Below are positions 8,534 to 16,738 of a DNA stretch of 39,983 bases, piece by piece. Source of the DNA: Pyrinomonadaceae bacterium (GTDB lineage Bacteria > Acidobacteriota > Blastocatellia > Pyrinomonadales > Pyrinomonadaceae). Both the position numbers and the translations under genes were made by a program. Where the stretch lies: contig JBGPNE010000001.1 of NCBI GenBank assembly GCA_041487335.1, forward strand, positions 1-39,983. Reading direction: 5' to 3'. The notes beneath the pieces are model-generated. The model was given only the letters and a program-made list of their open reading frames with translations. It was not told the DNA's origin and did not search any database. Positions within the stretch are counted from its first letter, which is position 1; each line of letters begins with the position of its first letter.

Positions 8534-9937
8534 TTATCTAGCCTCTGGGTTTTGCGCGGCTACGCGCCATCCGGGTGGATGGATTACGTTTGTCGCGATT
8601 TCTCTCGATGCCAGTATTTCAGCCGGCTTACCTGCACCGAGGTCACCCGAAACCGTAACTTCGTCCGGCAAAAATAAAGCGATCGGCCAGCGAAACTGCG
8701 CGAACGCTTCGCGCGCGATTGGTATTCGCTGAGGCTCGTAGCCAAGCAACTGCGCTCCAATCCAATCGATAGCAGCTGCATTGTTGCCGGCAAAGATCAA
8801 CCCCATTTCCAACGGCTGCGCGCAAAGCGGCCCGTCGCCCTGACCGGCCACGACCGCATCCGCCACGTGGATGACAACACGCTGAGGAGTATCGGCTAAG
8901 CTTCCGTCTGAACATCCGTATAAGAGCGCTCGATTAAGGTCCAGCCCTGTTCGCCAAACGGTGTTATTGCCCGACCAGGAGCCTTCGACTCCCAGACGGT
9001 CTCCCGCGAGCATCGATACACGGTTCAGATTTGTAGCGACTTCGCCCCAGAGTCGAGCGCTGGCAAATGATGAAGCCATGTTCTGGCGGTCAAGCGTGTA
9101 TTCGAGCGCACGCTTTACGCGGCTACCCCCAGGATAGCAATCGCCACCGGCTTCGGAACCCCCGATCCGATGATGGGGCAGGTACTCTTTATTTCCGTTT
9201 ATGCCGATTAAATTCTTGAGCGCGCATGTGATTCCCGCCTTCTTATGCGTCTTGAGCTTCGGAAGGTTGATGACTACGTCAGCGTCGATCACGTCTCTTG
9301 CGACAAGGTATTGATGGCGGCGTGGCGAATGCGTGTTTGCCAGCAACCGCGGGTCGTAGCAAGTAACACGGAAAGAGGGCTCTTCGTCAGTAACCGGCTC
9401 GAGCAGGCTCTCGCTCCCAAGATCAAACAGCACAAAGCGATCTTCTGCTACCAGATTCTCCGATGCGACTCGGACACCGTTTAGGAACTCGCACGTAGTC
9501 CTTCGGAAGTCGCGAATCCCCCGAAAGCGGGGCTCCGCGCTCGTCAAGCGGCTCGCCCACTTATCGAGACCAGTCGATCGTAGAAGTTCATCGAAGTGAC
9601 AACCCTGAATTGGGGCGTCGCCAACTATGACTTCCGATGCGGCTGACTGAAGAACAGCCTGAACGGTCGCCCGAATGAGAGAGGGATGGGTAATCAACGG
9701 TTCAATTCCCCAGGGGCCTTGATTCTCGTGCATCACCAGATTTGGTTTGATCACCACACGCGCGCCTCGAGGGATGATCCTGCCGAATGGCCCGTGTTCT
9801 TGATCTGACCAACCAAGCGAGCTTGCAGCCCGTACCATCGCACCGCCGGCGTCTTCCTCAGCCTTGTATCCGCGCGCGGAGGTTTTCGCGATCGCCACGC
9901 GAGGATCATTCAGCATCTGCAGAAAGGTAGTGGTCAT
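8534..9937 (-). CDS. DUF362 domain-containing protein
   Basis: ORF 8534..9985. Start trimmed to ATG 9937 (MTTTFLQMLNDPRVAI), which forms an ATGA overlap with the upstream stop (9934..9937, checked in the sequence). DUF362-type motifs: ARVVIKPNLV, VIVGDAP, and ADVVINLPKLKTHKKAGITCALKNLIGING...LPHH. Confidence 0.75.
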   Translation of the reverse strand: MTTTFLQMLNDPRVAIAKTSARGYKAEEDAGGAMVRAASSLGWSDQEHGPFGRIIPRGARVVIKPNLVMHENQGPWGIEPLITHPSLIRATVQAVLQSAASEVIVGDAPIQGCHFDELLRSTGLDKWASRLTSAEPRFRGIRDFRRTTCEFLNGVRVASENLVAEDRFVLFDLGSESLLEPVTDEEPSFRVTCYDPRLLANTHSPRRHQYLVARDVIDADVVINLPKLKTHKKAGITCALKNLIGINGNKEYLPHHRIGGSEAGGDCYPGGSRVKRALEYTLDRQNMASSFASARLWGEVATNLNRVSMLAGDRLGVEGSWSGNNTVWRTGLDLNRALLYGCSDGSLADTPQRVVIHVADAVVAGQGDGPLCAQPLEMGLIFAGNNAAAIDWIGAQLLGYEPQRIPIAREAFAQFRWPIALFLPDEVTVSGDLGAGKPAEILASREIATNVIHPPGWRVAAQNPEAR

Positions 9938-11349
9938 GCTGCGCGCCCCCCAGCAATATCGACTTCGCTGACGACCGGACGCCACTTGTTCGCCTTTGTT
10001 CGCGGGATTTCATCAACCAGCAGCGTGCTGATTCTGAGGCCAGGTAGGTTCTGCCGGACTGTCTCGAGTATCTTTTCGCTGGCGTCCTCACTGAAACCGC
10101 TTTTTGGAGCGATTTTGATCTCGACCGAATAGTCGGGCCGCTGAAGAAACATATACTCACGAACCGGATAATCTTTCATCAGGTGAGGAATCTGCAGACC
10201 CGTTATCCATCGACCATCAGGCAGCCAGATCCGGTCAACGTCGCGTCCTACAACATCATTCAGGATGAAAGCCGGATGGCCCGGCTTGGTTCCGGGCAAG
10301 AAGCGCGCAACATCGCCGACGCGATAGCGAATCATCGGCATTGCATCGGCATGGAGCTTGGTGATGAGAACGCTGGCTTCAATCTCGGTCGTTTCAGGTT
10401 CGATCAGAATGTTTGCCCAATCGATCTCATAAGCAAAAACGCGGTGAGGTTGCATCTGAAAGGCCATGTAGCCAACATCGCGGCTGCCGTAGCGTTCGTG
10501 AACCTGGCGCCCAAACGCGGCTTGAATTGCTTGACGATGTTGCGGCAAGAGCTTCTCGGCGCCGGTGATCAACACCCTCGACGGATAAGTTGGGCGATGC
10601 CCGCGCTCAAGTATATGCTCGGCGAGGTGACCCAGGGCGCTCGCGTAGGCGATTATGCATTCGGGCTGCCACCGCCGAAAGTGGCGGTGATACTCTTCGA
10701 GCACACCGGGTGAGAGACGAAGACAATCAAAATAGCGCGAGTTGGTCTCAAATGCGTGAAACAGGTCGCGCAGGCTGTCGTGGGCCTTCGGGTCGAGATG
10801 GTGTCCCCAGAGCAAGGCGGTGCGCACACCGCCGGGTACTCCCATACGCCGCATGAAGTATTCCCCCGCGCTCTCCCTCCACCCTCTCTCTTCGGGCCCA
10901 AGCCAGACTTCCGTAGGCGCTCCAGTTGAACCTCCCGTCGAGTCTCTGAGGAGTTCGTTAGCCGGAATCCTCTGCGACAACAATGCAGGTCCGGCGCTTT
11001 GGATGTTCTCCCGCTCAAGAACTGGGAGCCTGGAAAACTCTTCGAATCCGAAATCTACGCTTGGATCAAATGCGATCTGGTCTAGCATCTCACGATAGTA
11101 GTCCGTCTCGGCGTATGCGCGGCGGACAACAAAGCGCAGGCGCTGAAGAATCCAATCGAGTTTTTGCTCAGCCCTCCATGCTTCCGCCTGGCTGCGAAGC
11201 CTCATCCCTTCGTAATAAGCTCGAATGACGGCGCGTCGCGAGGGTCGAACCAGTCGCTGAAATCTCGACAGTGGCAATAGAAATCTCCGAGATAGTAAAT
11301 CGTGAGTACGTATAGCAAGTCTTTGCATCTCCGCGCTCCCTGCTCGCAT
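9934..11349 (-). CDS. Phenylacetate-CoA ligase (PaaK)/CapK-like adenylate-forming enzyme
   Basis: ORF 9934..11547. Start trimmed to ATG 11349 (MRAGSAEMQ...), directly after the upstream TAA (11352..11354). ATG 11328 is an alternative and has GGGAG 7 nt upstream. Motifs: LRDSTGGSTGAPTEVW (P-loop-like SxGTTG), YGSRDVGYMAFQ, MIRYRVGDVARF. Confidence 0.8.
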   Translation of the reverse strand: MRAGSAEMQRLAIRTHDLLSRRFLLPLSRFQRLVRPSRRAVIRAYYEGMRLRSQAEAWRAEQKLDWILQRLRFVVRRAYAETDYYREMLDQIAFDPSVDFGFEEFSRLPVLERENIQSAGPALLSQRIPANELLRDSTGGSTGAPTEVWLGPEERGWRESAGEYFMRRMGVPGGVRTALLWGHHLDPKAHDSLRDLFHAFETNSRYFDCLRLSPGVLEEYHRHFRRWQPECIIAYASALGHLAEHILERGHRPTYPSRVLITGAEKLLPQHRQAIQAAFGRQVHERYGSRDVGYMAFQMQPHRVFAYEIDWANILIEPETTEIEASVLITKLHADAMPMIRYRVGDVARFLPGTKPGHPAFILNDVVGRDVDRIWLPDGRWITGLQIPHLMKDYPVREYMFLQRPDYSVEIKIAPKSGFSEDASEKILETVRQNLPGLRISTLLVDEIPRTKANKWRPVVSEVDIAGGRAA

Positions 11350-11351
11350 CC

Positions 11352-14300
11352 TTACTTCCGTTTCACGCCGATGAAGATCAGCGCCGGACTGAAGGACGAG
11401 CTTTCGGCTCCCTTCTCGCCCAGAAGCAGTCGAAAGGCGAAATTCAAGGTCACCTGAAATTTCATGCAGAGCCCAAGCAGCCACTGCGATAGCGAGTTGT
11501 CCCGGGCATTGAACAGTCCAAAATTGAATGTCCCATAGTGATTGCAAAAAAGAGGAGAAAGCCGCTGCCTGTCGAATAGCTCCTTGAATTCCTGCTTTCG
11601 CATTATGGTCAGGTTATGCATGGCTAGAACCTCTTTGTGAAACATTCGTGCCAACAGGTAGTTGAATCCGCGAAGATTCGGAATGCTGATAACAAGAACG
11701 CCGCCTTTGGCCAGAAGATTCAAGTGCTTTTCGACGATGCTTTTTGCATCGGTGAAGTGCTCAATGAAGCCGCGCGAAATGACCATGTCAAAATAACCCG
11801 CGTAGCGCTTGTGAAATTCATCCGAAAGGAAGTCGCCATGAATGACGTTGTTGGGGTTTATGTTATTTTCGGCGAATACCTGTCGGTTCAGATTTACGCC
11901 TTTGTCCGAGTACTCGATGCCGTAGGGAACGAACTCAAACGTTTCGCTCAGTCTGACGAGGAAATCTCCCGGGGCGCTTCCCACCTCCAACACCTTTGCC
12001 CCGGCTTTCTTTGGCAGATGATTTTTGTAAATAACGTTCCAGAGCAGGTGATCCTCGTAGCTGCCCATGTACTCGAGCACCCTCTTGCCCAGGAGCTTCT
12101 TGACGAAAGTCTTGAAACGTCTATTCAGAGGCTGAGTGCCGGGAGGAATGTTTCTGATCTGATTCTTTCTTTCCAGGAACGCTTCTTCACTGACGTGCGT
12201 CAAATCCCAATATTGCCTTTGCGTTAACTCTCCAACCTCAACCGCCAAACCCGGGTTTCGGGTCAGTATTGGCGGCAAAGGTGCGCTCGGACCCGCAGTC
12301 GCCGCTAACGCTTCGGCATTCCAAACGCCGTAGCCAACGTTCACGATTCCGCCGCCGGCAACAGGAACCGCCCGCCGACCCCACGACAGATCAGGAAGAC
12401 GAACAAGCCGGCGTTCAATGAACTCTCGTTCCTGAGGTGTCAGAACGCCGAGCAACAGTAGAGCTACAACGTAGAAAAAACAAAAAACCATTCCGCTAGC
12501 GATAAGCAGAATCAGCGGCGGAGCCTCCAGCCCATAAGAGCGCACAAACAGCGAAGCAATCCCCGCCGCGAAGGCAGCGATTGCAAGCTTGGTTATGTCT
12601 TTCAGCAATCCGATATCGCGACGCGTAGCGCCAAGAATTCGACACACTTTGGTGGCGATGACGCAGCGCTCGATGAGGTTGAAGATTACGACGACGGTTA
12701 TCGCTCCGATCAAACCGAAGCGGCGCGTACCGAACCAGAGGCCGACCGAAAGCGCCGCAATTACCGCAACCCTCACTCTCATCATGAAGAACCGATGCTC
12801 GGCATAGGCTCGTATCACCGGGTCGCAAGCGCTTGCTATCAGACCCAGGGGGATCATCGTCAGGTTGATCGCGAATATCGGCCAGCTGGATTCGTATTGA
12901 GCCGTGAACAGGACGGTAATGAACTCTCGACCCATAACCAGCAAAAAGAAGTAAATGGGAAGGTAGAATGCGGCGAGCTTCCGCAACATTCTTGCGATCA
13001 GCTCAACGATCTCTCGATCGCGACCGTGCTTCTGCAAGTAGCTCACGTGAGGAATCGTTACCGAGCCTGCCGATTCGCTGAGGATTCCGATGAGCGGGAG
13101 GTTGAAACAGCCGATTGCATAGACGGCAAATTCCGCGGCGCTGAATTGGTGGGACACGAAATAATTGTGCAGATCCGCCTGTACCTGAAACAGGACTGAT
13201 GCAAGTCCTATTGGAAGCGCGTAGCCTACCTGAGTACGCACCATTCTCCAGTCGATCGTTCGCCAGAAGCTCCCGAAACGCGAGCGCAGATAAAGCAAGA
13301 GAACGGCGGTCTGCAGGATGCCGTATACGATCGCGACATTGATGAGAGCCTCAACCGTGGCAAGAGAAATTGCCGCGGCGACCATCAGCCCAGTTTTAAC
13401 AAGCTGCGAGACGATGATGAAGAAGGTCGCCAGCCGGGATTCCTGATTGGCAAGGGTCACAACCTCGAGAAACGAGGAGACCACCCAAAACAGGATGATC
13501 ACTCCAATTCGCGGGGCGTATCCGGTTAGCTCATCGCTCTTGAAGATCGTTCCCAGCAAGGATGGGTTTAGAATCAAAGCAAGGCACGCCCCGCACCCCA
13601 TCAACAAATAAAACAGCAGAATGTTAAAGACGACCTGATCGCGTCGCTCGCGCTCGCGCGGCAGGAAGTAGAAAGCGCTCATTCCAAATCCGAGAGGGAG
13701 AATGTAAATCGCTGTGCCGACAACAAGGAAAACCTGTTTGTACAACCCGAACTCGTGTTGGCTCAATCGGCGCACCAGCAGCAGCGGAAGGATAAAGCTC
13801 AGTCCGAATGCAAGACACTTAGCGAAGAATAGCCATCCGGCGCGTACCGTAAACGATTCGCCTCTTTCAAAGTCTGAACTTGCGCGGTCGTTTATCAGTT
13901 GCGAGCGGAGGTTGTAGATATGCAACAGCGCGCGAGGCGAGTACCGAAGCCACCACAGCATTAACCGCAACTTCCAACTTCGATAAAACCTATTGGCATC
14001 CTTGATCTCGGCAGCCGCGGTCTCGAAATCACCGGCGGATAGCTTTTGTTTGCCGCGTTCAAGCTTCGCGGTGGCCTGGAGCCTTACTTCCAGGTCACAC
14101 AGTGCCTGCCGTTCCTGCTCTCCCAACCTGAAGTCGAGCCGGTTTTTTCCCAGCACAAGCAGGGTATGTTCGTGCAGATTTACATGGTCTGCGCTAAGGC
14201 TCGCCGAGTGGATTCTCTTACAGAGCAGAACCTTTCGCTGATAAGCCAGCCGGCCGCCATTCATGGCCAGGCGAAGCCACAAGTCGTAATCCTCGGAACA

Positions 14301-14873
14301 CCGCAGACCTTCATCAAATAAGCCTACATCCAGTATCGATTGACGGCGCACCAGAGTGCCCGAAAGCAGCACCGTGCATCGCGCCTCGAGCAATGCTTGA
14401 AGCGTCACATCGCCCCTGGAAGGGGTGGTGCGCATAAAAGTACGGCCCGCAAGCGGCGAGTCACCAACAAGCAACCCGTCCGAGTAAACAAGATCAACCG
14501 ATGGATTGCTCTCTAAGAACTTCACTTGCTCCGACAGGTATTCAGGCTCCCAGTAGTCGTCCGCGTCGAGGAACGCTACCAGGCGCCCTAGCGCCGCACG
14601 TACGGCTACGTTTCTGGCGGCGGAGCAACCACGATTGTCCTGGTTTATGTAACGGATCCTATCCCGATAAGCAGCAAGCGCGTGCTCGAGAGCAACAGTG
14701 TCGGGAGAGCCGTCGTTCACGACGATGATTTCATAGTCGGCGTAAGTCTGCGTTAGAACTGAATCAAGGGCCGCTCCAATGTATTCCGCCGCACGATACG
14801 CCGGCATCACTACGGTTACGGTTGGCGAGTCGTTGCGATCGAACGCTTTGTCTGAAAACTCCGTTGAATGCAT
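11352..14873 (-). CDS. Tripartite fusion: GT2 glycosyltransferase / multi-pass polysaccharide flippase (Wzx/MOP-like) / class I SAM-dependent methyltransferase
   Basis: Uninterrupted 1173-aa ORF with ATG at 14873 (TAATG overlap with the upstream stop). aa ~17-235 (about 14169..14825): VTVVMPAYRAAEYIGAALDSVLTQTYADYEIIVVNDGSPD, FLDADDYW, CSEDYDLWLRL. aa ~340-815 (about 12429..13856): about 12-14 hydrophobic helices. aa ~930-1110 (about 11544..12086): AKVLEVGSAPGDFLV, FDMVISRGFIEHF, GGVLVISIPN. Confidence 0.8.
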   Translation of the reverse strand: MHSTEFSDKAFDRNDSPTVTVVMPAYRAAEYIGAALDSVLTQTYADYEIIVVNDGSPDTVALEHALAAYRDRIRYINQDNRGCSAARNVAVRAALGRLVAFLDADDYWEPEYLSEQVKFLESNPSVDLVYSDGLLVGDSPLAGRTFMRTTPSRGDVTLQALLEARCTVLLSGTLVRRQSILDVGLFDEGLRCSEDYDLWLRLAMNGGRLAYQRKVLLCKRIHSASLSADHVNLHEHTLLVLGKNRLDFRLGEQERQALCDLEVRLQATAKLERGKQKLSAGDFETAAAEIKDANRFYRSWKLRLMLWWLRYSPRALLHIYNLRSQLINDRASSDFERGESFTVRAGWLFFAKCLAFGLSFILPLLLVRRLSQHEFGLYKQVFLVVGTAIYILPLGFGMSAFYFLPRERERRDQVVFNILLFYLLMGCGACLALILNPSLLGTIFKSDELTGYAPRIGVIILFWVVSSFLEVVTLANQESRLATFFIIVSQLVKTGLMVAAAISLATVEALINVAIVYGILQTAVLLLYLRSRFGSFWRTIDWRMVRTQVGYALPIGLASVLFQVQADLHNYFVSHQFSAAEFAVYAIGCFNLPLIGILSESAGSVTIPHVSYLQKHGRDREIVELIARMLRKLAAFYLPIYFFLLVMGREFITVLFTAQYESSWPIFAINLTMIPLGLIASACDPVIRAYAEHRFFMMRVRVAVIAALSVGLWFGTRRFGLIGAITVVVIFNLIERCVIATKVCRILGATRRDIGLLKDITKLAIAAFAAGIASLFVRSYGLEAPPLILLIASGMVFCFFYVVALLLLGVLTPQEREFIERRLVRLPDLSWGRRAVPVAGGGIVNVGYGVWNAEALAATAGPSAPLPPILTRNPGLAVEVGELTQRQYWDLTHVSEEAFLERKNQIRNIPPGTQPLNRRFKTFVKKLLGKRVLEYMGSYEDHLLWNVIYKNHLPKKAGAKVLEVGSAPGDFLVRLSETFEFVPYGIEYSDKGVNLNRQVFAENNINPNNVIHGDFLSDEFHKRYAGYFDMVISRGFIEHFTDAKSIVEKHLNLLAKGGVLVISIPNLRGFNYLLARMFHKEVLAMHNLTIMRKQEFKELFDRQRLSPLFCNHYGTFNFGLFNARDNSLSQWLLGLCMKFQVTLNFAFRLLLGEKGAESSSFSPALIFIGVKRK

Positions 14874-16738
14874 TAACGAGCCCTTGACCTCGTGAGATTC
14901 GCGGCCGTCGAATTGGCTGCCGCGCGAGTATCAACCTTTTCATTGAGGCGATTTGTTGCATTGACTTCGGTCTTCAACAACGTTCTGTCTGAAGACCGCG
15001 CCAGCTGAGCGGAATCGGACGCGGCCTTGAGCGTGTCAATATCAGATCCAATGTTCTTGCCGTCGGTTCCTGCGCCTTGATATGGGCTTGAAGTGCCAAG
15101 CGCATAATTGCCGCCCGTGCGATCCGCAAATCTGACTTCCTCGATCGTCGCCGGAAAGAAGTTGTCCCCCGGATATATTGAGCTCCGGCCGCCGGCGATT
15201 ACGTTCTTCTTGAAAACACGCCCGGGGAAATACCTGTCGAGCGTCGAATTGCCGACGCTCGAGCCGTCGCCCATGACTCCGTACTCGTTATGAGGAGCGA
15301 TGTTGTTTGTGAAAACGAATCCTTTACTGGCAGCCCCGTAGGCGGTGATGATATTCCCCGAGTGCAAAACGGTATTGTGATCAACCGTCACATCTTGAGT
15401 CTCGACAATCTGAAGGAATCGTCCGTTGCTTCCCCAGCGTTTGCCGCCAACATCCTCAAACAGATTGTTCCTTATCAAAACCCGTTTCACTTGCTCGCTG
15501 GGATAGTTGTCGTCTCGACCGAGGAAATTGATGCCCGCAGCAGTGTGTCGGACGATATTGTTACTGAATTTGACGTCTTCGACTACGGACCAGGGCGAAG
15601 TGCCTTCCTGGTTGCGGACCGTGAAAAGGATGGCAAAGCCACTCTGTCCGTCCACCCAGTTGTTCTCGAATAGATTTCCGTCGATGATAACGCGCCGGGC
15701 ATTTTTCAATTCGAACAGGTTTTTCACAGACCAGGGCTTCCCTGCGTAGGAAGAATGTTGTCGCATCCACGAGAGAGGCTTTGAACAATGATTCCGGCGA
15801 AATTCAATGTCGGAAGGGACCAGATTTTGGATTCTAGGATCGGCGCCTCCGAACATAACGTTCTCGCCCGCGCCTTCGAGATAGTTGTTGACAATCTTGA
15901 ACGGCCCCGGACCGTTCCATCCGCAGATCGCCTGAGAATCAGCCCCTGCTTCGTGAACTTCAGAGATGTGTGAATCAATTATTGCGGTTGAGGCGCTGTT
16001 GAGCGCAATCGCCCGCCGCAGATTAACATCGGCGTTACCGTGAATATAACAGCGGTCGATAATTAGATTGTTCGGGATTGTGTCGGGCGAGGTTTGTCCG
16101 CCATCGCCGAACAGGATGAGGCCATGATTCTGTGCCCAGCCTGGCGCGACTGTGAACTCGATGCCGATAAACCGATAGTGATGCGCCCCGGGCGCGGTCC
16201 TGATCACAGGATCGGCATTGGGCGTCAGGAGCTTTGGCATCACCGAGGCCGTACCCGGTCTCACGCGCGCGCCAGGAGCGGGTAGCTTTTCGTCGCCGAC
16301 AGACGAGCGAATCACTGTCCAGCCCGCGCCTTGTTTGTTGGGCAGCACGAAATTGCCGGTAACAATTGAGCCCGGTTCGATTGCAATCACGTCGCCGGAA
16401 CGCGCCGCATCAAGCGCCGCCTGAAATGCACGCGCCGCGGTATCGCCAATCCCGCTGACTGAAATGGTGCGGCCGATCGGGCGTACATAGTTTGTGTCGA
16501 GGAAGACGGCCGGCGGCGCAGGCTTTCTCATACCCGCGTTGGATTCAGCCAGTTGACTTACGGTAACTGGCCTTGAGGTTGCGTCGCTTGCGTCACGCGT
16601 GCAAGCCGCAATACAGAGCGCGGCACTTAACGAGATGAAAACCATCAGCACCGACACGTAAGCACGAGAATTAAGCGAGCGGATCCCAGGGCGCCCCGCT
16701 TTTTCGGTGGTTCTGAACCGGAAAATGTTCACCAGCAC
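14873..16738 (-). CDS. Secreted (possibly lipoprotein) right-handed parallel beta-helix repeat protein, paralog 2 (minimal form)
   Basis: 621 aa. The start codon at 16738 is GTG and overlaps the upstream gene end (TGA 16729..16731). A second GTG at 16732 and ATG at 16645 are alternatives. Signal-like LMVFISLSAALCIAAC. Shares the family motifs DRCYIHG, GWNGPGPFKIVNNYLEGAGEN, PSDIEFRRNHCSKPLSW, WSVKNLFELKNARRVIIDGNLFENNW and PHNEYG. Confidence 0.85.
   Translation of the reverse strand: MLVNIFRFRTTEKAGRPGIRSLNSRAYVSVLMVFISLSAALCIAACTRDASDATSRPVTVSQLAESNAGMRKPAPPAVFLDTNYVRPIGRTISVSGIGDTAARAFQAALDAARSGDVIAIEPGSIVTGNFVLPNKQGAGWTVIRSSVGDEKLPAPGARVRPGTASVMPKLLTPNADPVIRTAPGAHHYRFIGIEFTVAPGWAQNHGLILFGDGGQTSPDTIPNNLIIDRCYIHGNADVNLRRAIALNSASTAIIDSHISEVHEAGADSQAICGWNGPGPFKIVNNYLEGAGENVMFGGADPRIQNLVPSDIEFRRNHCSKPLSWMRQHSSYAGKPWSVKNLFELKNARRVIIDGNLFENNWVDGQSGFAILFTVRNQEGTSPWSVVEDVKFSNNIVRHTAAGINFLGRDDNYPSEQVKRVLIRNNLFEDVGGKRWGSNGRFLQIVETQDVTVDHNTVLHSGNIITAYGAASKGFVFTNNIAPHNEYGVMGDGSSVGNSTLDRYFPGRVFKKNVIAGGRSSIYPGDNFFPATIEEVRFADRTGGNYALGTSSPYQGAGTDGKNIGSDIDTLKAASDSAQLARSSDRTLLKTEVNATNRLNEKVDTRAAANSTAANLTRSRAR

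Noticed and set aside
10183-10713. Long antisense or alternate-frame ORFs inside the large genes (e.g. 10183..10713, 11637..12227, 12795..13199, 6132..6557, 21487..22071, 25232..25783, 32514..32960, 38278..38712).
   Set aside because: All are nested within CDS that carry strong family motifs on the other strand or frame. They are Arg/Ala/Ser-rich, as expected for GC-rich shadow frames. None shows a recognisable domain.
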